A stretch of DNA of 53,714 nt, counting the filler, from Jimgerdemannia flammicorona (Eukaryota): assembly GCA_003990765.1 (NCBI GenBank). It is 3 parts of 3 records of this genome, joined end to end, with 100 filler letters (N's around TTAATTAATTAA, not from the genome) between each part and the next. Parts side by side here need not be neighbours in the genome. Positions count along the whole stretch, not along the records: positions 1 to 17,844 come from RBNJ01002386.1; positions 17,945 to 35,779 come from RBNJ01002387.1; 1 more part is not named here. One strand, 5' to 3'. Each line of letters starts with the position of its first letter. The first letter of the stretch is position 1. Positions 11,610 through 23,325 of the stretch are shown here, in pieces. The position numbers and the translations under genes were made by a program. The notes beneath the pieces were generated by a model, which ran no database searches, was not told the origin of the DNA, and was given only the letters and a program-made list of their open reading frames with translations.

Positions 11610-12911
11610 CTAGAGGGAATAGTACCCTTCGACCATGGCAGACAATTCTTGCTGGGTTGTGATTTCTTCTTCATCATATCTCTCTTCAAAGGGGAGAAGT
11701 GCCAGCCAAGAGGTGAGGAGGTAGAAAAGTGGCCAGTCATCTTCAACAACATTTTCCAATCCCTGAACTGCTTGAATGCAGACAGAGGACTGGTAAACTC
11801 TCTGTTGCTCCTCTTCTTCTGAAGACTCATCAGTTTCAGTATCAGAGGGGGTTTCTTCAGGGGCAGGGTCTTGGAGTTCTTGGGCCTCCTCTTCAAAGAC
11901 AGAAACTTCTTGGGCTTCTTCTTGATTCAGTTCCCAAATGATGAGGTGTGAATTGTGGCTGACAGGGTAGTGGGTGGTTGGGGTAGCTCCAATGGGTGCT
12001 TCTATAGTAATGGGTGGTCCTTCAAATATCTCCATAAGACTCATTAGGTGGCCTTGATGGTTGTCTCGGAGTGGGGTGGTGTGGAAACCTGGTTGAGTAG
12101 GTTCAGTTTGTTGGCTTCCTATGGCAACACGGTTGCTGCCAGTAGAGTTGGCTACTTCAGATTCTATCCAGTCAGCATCTTCAGTTGAAAGGCGGGAGAG
12201 GCTGCCAGCCATTACTCCTTACAAGTGTGCTATGGCCCAGGAAATATGGCAGAAGATTTGGTGGACATGGAGGGCTCTCTTGATTAGCTGGTTGGTGGTT
12301 AACATTTCGGCAATGAGGTCTTCCTGGTCACCTTCTTGAGTCTCATTGTGAAGGCGGTGTCTGATTTCGTAGTCATGCCAGAGGGTCATTCGTTTGGTAG
12401 TGTCTTTGAGCTATTGGGTCATTATATACCAGTAGTTGATAAAGTGTCCAAGGTCCTCAGTGTAGAAGTTCAAGTATGTGGAAGTATCTGGGCACCAGAT
12501 GGCCTTCTTGATAGCTTCAAAGATCAGAGTCTTTGGGCCAGGCAAAGGGGTAGAGTGGCGGGAGGTCTGGTTGGTTCAGCGAATGGGAGGCATTGTGTGG
12601 TGGATACTTGGTTCTTTGGTGCCGATCCCTGAGGCGGAGTATGGTTCCTTAAATAATGTAGTCTTCATTTAGGCTTGGATCATCTTGTCTTCTTTTGGGA
12701 TGATCACCTAATGGGTCAGGCTGTCTATTTGATTGTCATGCCATTATGTCGTCTGATCTTAGCAGTCACTAGTACTCCATTGTTAATTGTATATGTCACA
12801 TCTGCCCCTTGCAAAATTAGAGCCATCCTCAGTGGTGAGGGTTACATAGGGTTGGGTGGTCTTAACTCCAGGGACGAGCAAAATACTGATGCATTTGTGA
12901 GGACTGGCCAT
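11610..12911 (-). pseudogene. Gypsy extra ORF (ORF3) of unknown function, copy A
   Basis: One continuous frame from ATG 12911 to 11610 with only point stops; matches 24816-26059 (LSTEDADWIESEV...). Confidence 0.6.
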
Positions 12912-13125
12912 CCTTGTCTAGGGCGAGGGCTCCCATAGTCGCAGCTGGGGGTTCGAACCCATTGGAAATAGTATTACTTATAATCTGAGGCAATTTCTTA
13001 GTAACAATGTCTGTCACGTGGATGGGCTTGAGTCTGGTTCTAATGTTGTTGGCTTTCTTGAGTTCTGAGTGAAACGTCCGTCGTATCTCCAATGGAGACA
13101 ATACAGACAGAGTGAACAGGATTGT

Positions 13126-13734
13126 TCAAATATGTTTTACTTCTCTTGAGTAGTAGAGTCTTACGCAGTTGTGGTGTATCTTGGTCTTGAGTATAACTCC
13201 ATCCAAGGTCTTGAGTTGATAAGTGTGGTTTGAGAATACTTGGTGTATGAGATAGGGGCCTTCCCATTTTGGTTCAAGCTTAGCACTCTAATTTCCTTCT
13301 ATGATGGTACGGTACACCAGAACCTTTTGTCCAATAAGCAGGGATTCAAGGTTGGCTTTGTGGTCATAGTACCTCTTTTATTGTTCTTGTGCCTTGGCAA
13401 TAAATCCTCGTGCTTGCTGGCATATGTCGTGTAACCGAGTGATCTCTTCTGTGACTCATTTTGACAGATCTAGCTAGACTGGTTCAGTAGGATCTTGTGC
13501 TTCTCGGCCATACACCAAATAGAAGGGGGTCTGTTGGGTAGCGGTTGCCTTAGAGGTACAGATGCTGAACAGAATTACTGGTAGATAGATATCCCAGTTT
13601 AGTTGATCTCCAGTTCTACTGAGGCCTCGCTTGATGGTCTGGTTCATTCATTCAGTGAGTCCATTTGCCTGTGGGTGATAGGCTGTTGTTGGTCATAGCT
13701 TGATCTTGAAGTTGCTTGCAAAGGTCTTCATGGC
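13126..13734 (-). pseudogene. Gypsy integrase C-terminal fragment (catalytic E region, GPY/F module)
   Basis: TAYHPQANGLTE, WDIYL and KLEPKWEGPY motifs on the minus strand. Confidence 0.85.
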
Positions 13735-13832
13735 AAGAGATAGAGAGAGTCACCTTTCACTGGTAACATTCAGGTGACACAAGATTTGGACAACACTTTC
13801 TGCGAAGTTTTTGGTGAAAAGCTACTATCAAC

Positions 13833-15752
13833 ATGGCAAGCAACGAGCAAACTGGTGGGCAGGTCGGCCAGGGGGGCAGCCGTGCCTTCGACTGGCAGCA
13901 GGTTGGGAGGAAATGAGGAGATGGTTTGGGGATGCCAGGGCCGTCAGTGGTGGGCAGTGGCACTGGAGGTGGAGGGAGAGGTGGACTGAGGCAGAGAGGT
14001 GGGGGGAGGGCGACCTTTGCCGACAAGGTCAGGATGGGGAAGATGGCCGCAGGGCTGGATGGTTGGTTGGGACTGGGGAAGGCAATGCCGGGTTCGGAAG
14101 GAGGGCAGGGAGGATCCCCCATGAGAGCCTCAGTCGGTATGGGGGGAGGGGGAGTAGGGGTTGGAGATGTGACTGCTGATGGGGCTGTGACGGGGAATCT
14201 GGAAAAAAATCCAGATGTGACGGTGGTTGGCGGATCCGGACAGAAGGAGGGCACGAGGCTCGGGGACCTGGCTGATGGAGTGACGGGCATGGTGTCGGCA
14301 CCGTTACTCAAAAAGTCGAGGTCAGAATTCGTGGTCACATTGTGTTTCCGAGGCTTGGCAGTGACTGCGAGGATGATTCTGGGGCTGGTGGCGCAGGAGG
14401 TGAAGGGGGCAGCTACGGTCAAGTTCATGAAGGGGAAGGAAGGGATTGAGGTTGGGTTTGAAGAAGAGGTGTTGATGCTGGAGGCTATGGAGAAAGGGGT
14501 AGTGGTGGGTGGAGTAGTAGTTCCTATGGTGAGGTGCATGCGCTGGGACCCGAGAGTGGTGCAGTTGACGGTGCTGGATCTTCCTACAGTGTCGCGGGAG
14601 AAGGCTAGGGAGTCAATTGTAGAGGTGGTCAAGGAGTATGGGGATGTCATCGATATCGGGTTCAAAGTCTGGGAGGGTACGGAACTTAGGACTGGAGATG
14701 TGGATGTAAGAGTACGCTTGTTTGGCCAGGAGAACACGGGGAAGGCGAGGGACTGGCCGGCGACACTGAGGTGGGGACCAGTTGAGTGCAGGGTCTCTCG
14801 GGTGAAAGGGATGCTGGAGGAAGAGGAGGATTTGCTGGAGGCTCTTGAGGATCTGACGGGAGCTGTCGAGAGGAGGTGGTTGGCTTGGAAGGAGTATGAG
14901 GCCAAGACGGTGGTGGAAATTGTAGAAGGGAAGAAGATCAGGATGGATCGAGGAACTTGGGAGAAGATGCAGGGGAGGTGTATTCAGAAGGAGCTACTGG
15001 AGAAATTGGGAGGAGGCGCGGTGGAGGGTGGAGAGGGAGGAAGTGGAGTAGGATCAAGGGGAAGTGACTGGGCTGGGGAGCCCCAAGTGGATCAAAGGGT
15101 GGCCCAAGAGGTCCGTGGGGAAGGAGGGCAGGGCGGCGTGATGGAGGACGCTGAGATGAGCGTAGAAGTACAGCCACAGTACGGGGTCCCGGAAGGTGTC
15201 GGAGGTGAGGAGGAGCTTCTTGATGTCCTGGAGGAGGAGTGGGATGAGTCGGGAAGGAGGATCGCATTGGTGGACCCGGTGGTTGAGGGGGAAGGGGGTG
15301 CCCAGGGTGCCGAGGCAGTGGTGGAGGAGGAGAAGTGGCTGTGGAAGACTCTGGAAGGGGTGGCAGCTGAGGAGCTGGGGGGTGAGGACTTCCGGGTTAT
15401 GAGTGATAGGCACTGGGAGGAAATTCTGCATGGTGAGGAGGTGCCAACGAAGGTCCAGAATGAAATTCTGGCGGTGCTCCTGGAGTCGGTGGAGTATCAA
15501 GTCGATGATCAGCAAGAGGAGGAACTTCGGGTAATTGCAAATGATCGAGCAGCTTATCTGTGAAACTCGAAGAAAGGGTTGGAGAAGTGGAGAGTAGTGT
15601 GCAGGGAGTATCGGACCGAATTCAAAGTAGTTGATGGTGCAGAGTGCCAGGAAATCTTGGAGGCACTGGATGCGCAGGAGGTGATGGAGGACGAGTTGGA
15701 GGCTGAGCGGCGCAGGGATCTGGAGGGGGACAGGAGGAGCATGGAGTTCTAG
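13833..15752 (+). pseudogene. LINE ORF1, ~640 codons, two in-frame TGA stops
   Basis: ATG 13833 is in frame with ORF 13926-15563 and continues to TAG 15752. Gly-rich N-terminus, RRM-like middle (VVQLTVLDLP...EYGDVIDIG...RTGDVDVRV), acidic C-terminus, no CCHC knuckle seen. Confidence 0.82.
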
Positions 15753-15782
15753 ATTGTGATATCCCTACCTACATTATTCAAT

Positions 15783-17844
15783 ATGAACAGTACAACTAGA
15801 ATTTTTTTTTCTTTGAACGTCAATGGGCTAAGGGGGGCGAAACGGCGTAGAAATATTTTTAGCTGGTTGAAGGGTCTGGAGGCAGATCTCTTCCTATTGC
15901 AGGATGTGCGGTATGAGCCGGATGTGGACCTACTGGACTGGACTTGGGAATGGGGTGGGGCGGCTATATGGACAGGGCAGATGGGCATTCTGGTTCGAAA
16001 AGGGATGGGGGACATTGGGGACGATGGACATTGGGGGAGTAGGCTGGTATGGGGAGTTTGGAGGAGGCCTGGCTGGAACGCTTTGACTGTTGGGTCGTGC
16101 TATTGCCCAGCTGTGAGAGGGGAGCGCATAGGCTGGATCAAGGACTTGTGTGAGGCAGGGGTCTTGGGGGAAGCTGGGATTGACTGTCTGGGGGGTGACT
16201 TCAATATGGTGCATGATAATGTGGTGGATAGGACTGATGGGGGGAGAGGACTGCGAGGTAGAAGTGGAGGGCTGGAGGATTGGATAGAGGTGGAGAGGTT
16301 GAGTTCATTGGTGGACTCAGGGCGACAGTTCTGGGGGGATTGCCGAATCTATACTCATTGGGTGGCAGGACTTGGATCCAGAATCGACTGGGTGTTAACG
16401 GCGGAGTGCTGGGGAGTGGATATCTGGGCTACGCTGGAGGTGGTTTGGTGCCTGTGGTCCGATCACTGGGGGCTAATAGGGAGTGGGAGATTTGGGGGAA
16501 GTGGGGATGGGCCAGGGCACTGGCGGCTCAACTCGTCTCTGTTGGAGGATGGTTCTCTATGGACTGATTGGGAGGTGGAGGCTACCGAGAAGATTATCAG
16601 ATGGCGGGAGCAGGGATTGGTCATTGGAGATCGATGGAGGAGGCTGAAGTCAAGTGCTCAGCAGTTCTGGGGGGAAGCAGGGAAAGGGAAGAGTGCACAA
16701 AGGTGGAGGCAGGTACAATGGGCCTCACATAGATTGGGGTCACTTTTGGAGAAATGGGCAGAGTGGATAGAAGATGAAGGAGTAGTGGAGTGGCGAATTC
16801 AGCAGATAAAGAAGGAGGTGGAGGAGCTGAAGGAGGTGCTACGGAGGGAGGAAGAGAATCGAATAGAGGGAATGATGGCGAGACTGAGGTGGCAGGGACT
16901 GGAGGATGGGGAGCGTCCTACTAAGTTTCTCTCCAGGCTGCTCCAAGCACAGAGGACCAGGCAGTGGTGGGATGGGGTCTTGGACGAGGATGGGGAAATG
17001 GTGGGGGGTACGCCAGAAATACTGGAATTGTTACGTAACCGCTGGGGGTGTTTGTGGAGCGAGGAGGATGGCGGGGAGGATGCACTGAACATTGAAAGGC
17101 AGTTGGAGGACTGGCATCCAGACCCGGCCCTAGGACTGGGGACACTGGGAGAACCAGTACATAGAGAGGAGGTGTGTAAAGTTCTGGCCGCGACAAGTAG
17201 AGGGACTGCTCCGGGAGAAGATGGACTTACCTGGGACTTTTGGAAGAAGATGGTCAAGGTGGAAGGGGTCTTGGAGGAGATGACTGCGATGTGTGATGAA
17301 GTTATTCGATCTGGTGTCTGGATTGGGGGTCAGCGCCTAGGACTGGTCTCCCTGCTCTTTAAGGATAAGGGGAGGAGGGAGGATTGGAAGAATTGGTGAC
17401 CGATCATGCTTCTGGACATGGACTGCAAGTTGGTGACGAAGATCTTGGTGAATAGACTACAGGGTATCGCTCAGCATGCTCTGGGAGTGGAGCAGAGAGG
17501 ATTTGTTGGGGGTAGGTTGATCCGAGATGGGACTGCATGGATCCATGGGGTGATTGAAGGAGCTCGGGCGGCTGGGGTTGATGGCCGGTTGGTGTTTTTG
17601 GACCAGGAGAAGGCATATGACAGAGTAAGGAGGGTCTGGCTGGAAGGTGTATTGAGGCATATAGGCATCCCGATGGCGTTTCGGAGGTCATTAATCAGCC
17701 TATTGGAGAACAGCCAAGCAGCTTTGGTGGTGAACGGGCACAGGGGACTGGAGTTCCCGCTAGGTCGCGGAGTGCCACAAGGGGATCCTTTGTCACCTAT
17801 TCTATATGCCCTATCCTTGGAGCCCCTTCTGGACAGGATCCGGC
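15783..17844 (+). pseudogene. LINE ORF2: APE endonuclease and N-terminal half of RT (one TGA at 17397-17399; truncated by gap)
   Basis: SLNVNG, LLQD, GGDFN, SRIDWV, SDH (APE); APGEDG, KNW*PIMLL, DQEKAYD, GVPQGDPLSP (RT). Confidence 0.92.
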
Positions 17845-17943
17845 NNNNNNNNNNNNNNNNNNNNNNNNNNNNNNNNNNNNNNNNNNNNTTAATTAATTAA
17901 NNNNNNNNNNNNNNNNNNNNNNNNNNNNNNNNNNNNNNNNNNN
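17845..17943. other. Assembly gap with synthetic TTAATTAATTAA spacer
   Basis: N-run, TTAATTAATTAA (17889-17900), N-run; same design at 35780-35879. Confidence 0.95.
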
Positions 17944-17947
17944 NGAC

Positions 17948-19600
17948 ATGAGCTACCTTCAGAAGTTCCATGGTGCAGACAATGAAGACATCGAGAAATT
18001 CTTTGGAGAAATTGAAGTTCAAGCAGCTGCCAAACAATGGGATGCTGCAAGAAAACTCAGAATTATAGAGTCACTCCTGAGAGATCCAGCCCTACAGGGA
18101 TATAATCAAGCCAAGCAAGCCGGAGGAGGAATCCATGCAGAGGAACTGAATGACGGCCTTCAACCTGATAGAAACCATGTAGCAAGGTACATGATTCACA
18201 AAGCCTGGCTCCATGCCCAGGTCAATGGATTTGAGCGCCAACAAGAAGTACAGGAGGCTTTGACCTATATGAGCCAAGCTGCCAATGAAACTCCCAAGAG
18301 TTTCTACCATTGGATTCAAGCTCAAATGATCAAGGCGAACCTTCAACTGGCAGTCCAACTGGCTCTAGCCTCAACTACCTTCCTCAATGGCTTATACCTA
18401 GAACTCTGAAGGCAAGTTATCAGGATGGGATATCGAAACATTAAACAGCAAGTTGCTGGAGCACAAGGATGTTGGGAAGCAGATTATAGACCAGTACAAC
18501 AAGTACAAGGCTATTATGAGCCAATCCGAGCTGAAACCCCAAGGACCCAAGAAATAACCATGGAGCAAGAGAATGCCTTCCTCAGAGCCCAGATAGCCAA
18601 CTATGAGAACAGACCAGCACCTACAAATCCGACTCCATTCAGGCAACCACAGCAGCAGCCACCATCAAGAGTTCAAGAAGACCCCATGACAATGCTCACC
18701 AAGCAAATGAAGGACCTGGCCATCGCGGTTGCCCAGCTGAAGAACCAAGGTAGAAGACAACAAGACTACCATCATGATAACAGACCAGACTACTAGCAAC
18801 AAGATAACAGAGGTCCTGCTCCCACACTACCAGCTGCAACTATAGTCTCATCAGCGACTGGTTCCTCTGGTCCCACCTGCTTCAACTGCAGAAATCAAGG
18901 CCACATCCAGAGGAATTGTCCAAGGAACCAATCCACCCAGTCCAATGACAGAAATGTCAACCTCTTTCAGGTAGATGAAGAGACTCAGGAGATGGAAGAA
19001 GAAGCAGCCTGGCTCCATGGTCAAGAAGATGACATCTATCCATACTTCGAGGCTTTTCCATCCAAGGTGACATGGGAAGCTGCCCCCGCAGAGACCAGAG
19101 GACAAGGAAGACCACGAAGGAACCCCCCACCTCAACTGCTAGTAACAATATCCACAGGCAAGCATCCATGACATGGCCATTCTTCTTTAGACACTCCACA
19201 AGAACAGGAGAAGCGAGTTAGAAGAGATACTCCTGAACCAGAAGCCAGACCATCTAGGACAACCCCCAGCTCTACCCTGCCAGACCTTGAAGAAGATGAG
19301 CATATGAGCATAGAATCTCCAGCTGACGAAATGCCCATCGGGAATGAGAGACTACACCCCAAGGGACCAAGACACCAAAGAACCAGCAAGCCCCATAGAG
19401 CAGCCTCACTTTGAGAACATATCCGCCTACAGAATGCTGGTCTTACAGTTGAGCAAGTCCTCAAAAATGCACCAGAGGTCTGGTGAAAATTCATGAAAGA
19501 AGCCAAGGAAGATACCAAGAGACTTCCAGTCCAAGGACCACACACTCAAGAACCTAGCACTATCTACACAGCCTATGAGAGCCAGCAACATGAACATCAA
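17948..19600 (+). pseudogene. Gypsy gag (capsid-like region and CCHC zinc knuckle)
   Basis: KFHG..NEDIEKFF capsid-type start; CFNCRNQGHIQRNC (CX2CX4HX4C) at ~18878-18920; same frame as pol with point stops. Confidence 0.85.
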
Positions 19601-19975
19601 TCTACAAGACTTGCCAATGGAAAAGTGCATGGTGAAAATGCCAGAATTCTCATCGATACTGGAGCAGCAGTATGCATCATCACCCAAAGGATGTTGGAGC
19701 GAATTGGATAGGGAATAGATGAAGGAACCAAAGCAAGAGTTATCATGGCCAACGGATCAGCTTCCACACCCCTTGGACTTGTCAGAGACATCCCCATTCA
19801 AGTCAGAAAGGCCTGCCTCAATGTACCCAAAGCCATCATGACCCCCACAACCTCCTATGACCTGATCCTGAGAACTGACTGGTTAAGCCGAGTCGGAGCC
19901 AATGTAGATATCAAGAAACAATTCCTGGTCTTCTCCATTCATGGACAGAAGCACAAGGTGCCCATTGACTCGAAA
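19601..19975 (+). pseudogene. Retropepsin aspartic protease domain
   Basis: ILIDTGAAVCII active site (~19655), MANG and YDLILRTDWL motifs. Confidence 0.9.
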
Positions 19976-21076
19976 GGATTATCCAAAAAGACAAATCAAG
20001 CCTCAGAAACAGAATGGCAAGGATATGGTAAAACCCCCACTACTACTGAGGATGAAAGCGAGGCCAATTTCCTATAAGAACTAGGAAGTGATTTCGATGC
20101 CCCAAGGGACCAAGAAAGTGAACAAGAAGACTCTTTCATTGGAGTTATTAGTGTTGAAGGTCTGGAAGAAAGTATTGATAGAGCTATTAATGCAAGGGCA
20201 GCACTTGAGTTTGCAGGACCATCTGCTCAACCACCACCACTGGTAGAAAATTGGATCATATGAGCCTTTTGTCAAGGCATATGTGAACATTTCATCAGCT
20301 TTCACTCACCAAGAGATGATTGCAGCAATTGCCAAATCCTGGATCTCAAGAAGGTTCTAATGTCAGAAATTGATGATAAGGACGAATTGAAGCAAGCACC
20401 ATCCCACAGTCAAATACAACCCCCAACCCCGAAGACCTTCAAGAAGACCTATAAAAGAGGACAGAAGATCCTTGCCTGCCAAACATTCGAGTCCCTTACC
20501 ATCAAAGGAGAAAGCAACAGCTCTTACACCATCACCCGGGCCCTCCAGATCACACAGCCCACCTATGACAAGTATCGGAAGAGATTCCCTACCAGTAGGG
20601 AGGTCAAACAGTGAAATGAAGACTTTGTCAAGAAGGGACATTGTGATTGTAGAAAGACCTTTACCTGCCACTGGTGTGAACATCGAGATGTTCACCTCAG
20701 CGAAGATGTCTACAAGAGCCAAGTCAAGAGAAGGGATCCTACCCTGCAAGAACCTCGAATTTGCTGGGCCTGTCGGAAGTGCAAAGAAATCAACCATGAA
20801 GGAGATTGCAAGTTCAAGAGCAAGACCTCTATCTGGGACCTACCATTGGAAGTTCTTGCCATCATTCGCTGGTACTGTCGCCCTCATCAAGGAAAAGAAG
20901 GTATCAATCTTGCCTTCATCCTTATGGAAGCTCTGGACCCTCTAGGAAAGACTGGATTCAATTACACAAGAAACTCAAAGACAGGAGCTCACTGGCCTTT
21001 CTTCAAACTAGAGTACATGGACTTTTCACCTATAATGGCAACAGCTTAAGCGCCATTTCTCAAAGCTCAACCAATT

Positions 21077-21484
21077 ATCCAGGTCAAGCTGCTTTCACCC
21101 TGGGCACAGCCACCTCTTGCACAAACAGAAGGATCAGTTGGTTATGACCTCTGCCTCCCCTACTAAGCAAGAATCTGACCCAGAAGTACCAGGACTTTTG
21201 ACTTACAGATCACACTCGCTATACCACCTGGGAATTATGGACAATTGGCCTCAAGATCCTCATTGGCAATCAAAGGAGTTACAGTAGAAGGAGGAGTCAT
21301 CGATCAGGACTACCGAGGTCCCTTGAAGGCCATTATCTGCAATTCTAGTAGAACCAGCTGATTCTTCAGTCCTATGGAAGCCATCTGCCAAATCCTGTTT
21401 ATCAAGACATCACAGCCGACCATCCAAGAGGTAGACCAACTAGAATATTCCAATAGAGGACAAGGAGGCTTTGGAAGCACCAAT
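21077..21484 (+). pseudogene. dut: Trimeric-type dUTPase domain within Gypsy pol
   Basis: All five motifs in the pol frame: GSVGYDL, ASRSSLA, GGVIDQDYRG, AICQILF, RGQGGFGST; three point stops. Confidence 0.92.
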
Positions 21485-21949
21485 AGAAATCTACGGACAC
21501 CACCTATCGAGGTTCATTTAGCAACAGTTGCTCAATTCCAACAAATGAGACCCCACATCTGCTGCCCAATCCGAGCAAGAGAAGACATCCTCCTGCAGCC
21601 CTACCAGCAAAAAGGCCTAGATGTGCACCTACCAGTAGAAACAAACAACTTGATATTTGCACCATCACTGGAGCTTCAAAAGGGATACCACATCCTCTTG
21701 GCTGAAGAATGAATTCATGACCAGATGTCACCAATCCACAGCCCTATCAGAAACTTGGGCTTCGAAGTGATAACTATCCCCAAGAGAACAACACTGGGAT
21801 ATTTCGAACCACTGATAGACACCTACAAGGAAGAAGTCTTCAAATTCTTGGGAAATGGCAAGCCCTCTCTGGTGAGACTGATGGTATCAGAGAGGAAGAC
21901 TCAGCAAATTCAGCAATCAAAGCAGTTGACATCGAGACAACTCTAACCA

Positions 21950-23325
21950 AGGACCAGCAACAACAGATACAGGAGTTGATCGAGGAGTATGAAGATATAT
22001 TTATCACCACATATAATAACTTCCCACCATATCAATACGGAGAACACCCTATACATACTGGAGATGTAAGACCAATCCGACAATGACCCTACTGAACACC
22101 ACATCATCTGATTGAATTCGAACAACAACATATAGATGAAATGCTACAAAATGGAGTCATCAGACCATCATCAAGCCCCTGGGCTTCACCAGCAATCATT
22201 GTACCAAAGAAAGGAGGATGGAGATTAGTCATGGATTTCAGAAAACTCAACAAAGTCACCACAGAAGATACCTACCCACTGCCAAGAATTGATGACCTCA
22301 TCAATGCCCTCGGAAAAGCCAAATACATGACCACTACCAACCAGTTCCAAGGATTCCAAGTAATACCCATTGCTAAAGAAGATATCTGCAAGACAGCCTT
22401 CATCACCAGACGAGGATAGTATGAATACCTATGAATGCCCTTTGGACTCTGCAATGCACCCGCCTCATTCCAACGAATGATGAACTATGTCTACCAGGAT
22501 CTCATTGGAAGAAATGTACTAGTGTACATAGATGATGTAATCATCTACTCTGAGACATTCAAGCAGCATTTGCAAGACCTCCGTGAAGTATTCAATACCA
22601 TTCGAAATTCAGGACTCAGACTCAATGCCAAGAAATACTTCTTTGGAAAACATCAAGTTGAATATCTGAGATATGTTGTCTCAGCTCAAGGAACTCATGC
22701 TGACCCCTGCAAGGTAGAGAAAGTCAAGAACTACCCAACCCCAACCTCAGCAAAGGAGACCCTATCTTTCCTTATGCTGGTATCCTACTATCGACAATTC
22801 ATCCCAAGGTTTTCAGATAAGGCAGCACCTCTCTGAGATATATCCAAGAAGGACCAATCATTCTACTGGAAAGAAGAACAACAAAAGTCATTCAACCTAC
22901 TCAAGAAGGCCCTTACCGAAGCCCCTGTCCTGGTGTGACCAGACTTTGGCAAACCGTTCATTCTGGCAACTGATGCCTCAGCCTTAGGACTTGGATCAAT
23001 TCTGTCTCAGTAAGATGACCAGAAGAGGGAGCATGTTATCGAATATGCTAGCAAGGCCACAAATGAAATACAAGCAAACTATGGAGCCACTAAGTTGGAA
23101 TGCCTAGCAGTAGTTTGGGCTGTAGACCACTTCTGACACTATCTCTTGGGAAAGAGATTCACCCTCATCACTGACCATCAAGCTCTACAATGGTTGTTCA
23201 ATAAGCCTGAGCCCTCAGGAATCTTCGCTAGATGGATCATGTCTCTGCAAGAATATCAGTTCACCATTGTCTACAAGAAAGGTGCTAAAAATTCCAATGT
23301 CGATGCCCTGTCAAGAATCCCATGA
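21950..23325 (+). pseudogene. Gypsy reverse transcriptase + RNase H
   Basis: SPWASP, DFRKLN, YPLPRIDD, MPFGLCNAPASFQ, YIDD; RNase H LATDAS, ELE-like KLECLAVVWA, TDHQAL, NVDALSR. Confidence 0.93.

Larger units (their letters stand above)
10590..13734 (-). mobile_element. Ty3/Gypsy LTR retrotransposon copy A: 3' part (integrase C-terminus, extra ORF, 3' LTR region), cut by LINE copy 2
   Basis: Reverse complement is clearly homologous to ~23990-27162; terminal ...GCTACA at 10590; homology stops abruptly at 13734 inside integrase. Confidence 0.88.
13735..17844 (+). mobile_element. L1/Tx1-like LINE copy 2, the youngest copy, inserted in Gypsy integrase; 3' part lost in assembly gap
   Basis: Same 5' end as copy 1 (CACCTTTCAC at 13751), long near-intact ORFs, CpG largely retained. 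Confidence 0.93.

Noticed and set aside
13757..14905. Long antisense ORFs over LINE ORF1 (also 2550-3401, 47888-48492)
   Set aside because: Ser/Pro/Thr-rich shadows of the G-rich sense ORF; a C-rich strand is naturally poor in stop codons.
17845..17943. TTAATTAATTAA palindrome between N-runs (also 35824-35835)
   Set aside because: Synthetic six-frame-stop scaffolding spacer, not biology; adjacency across it is unverified.
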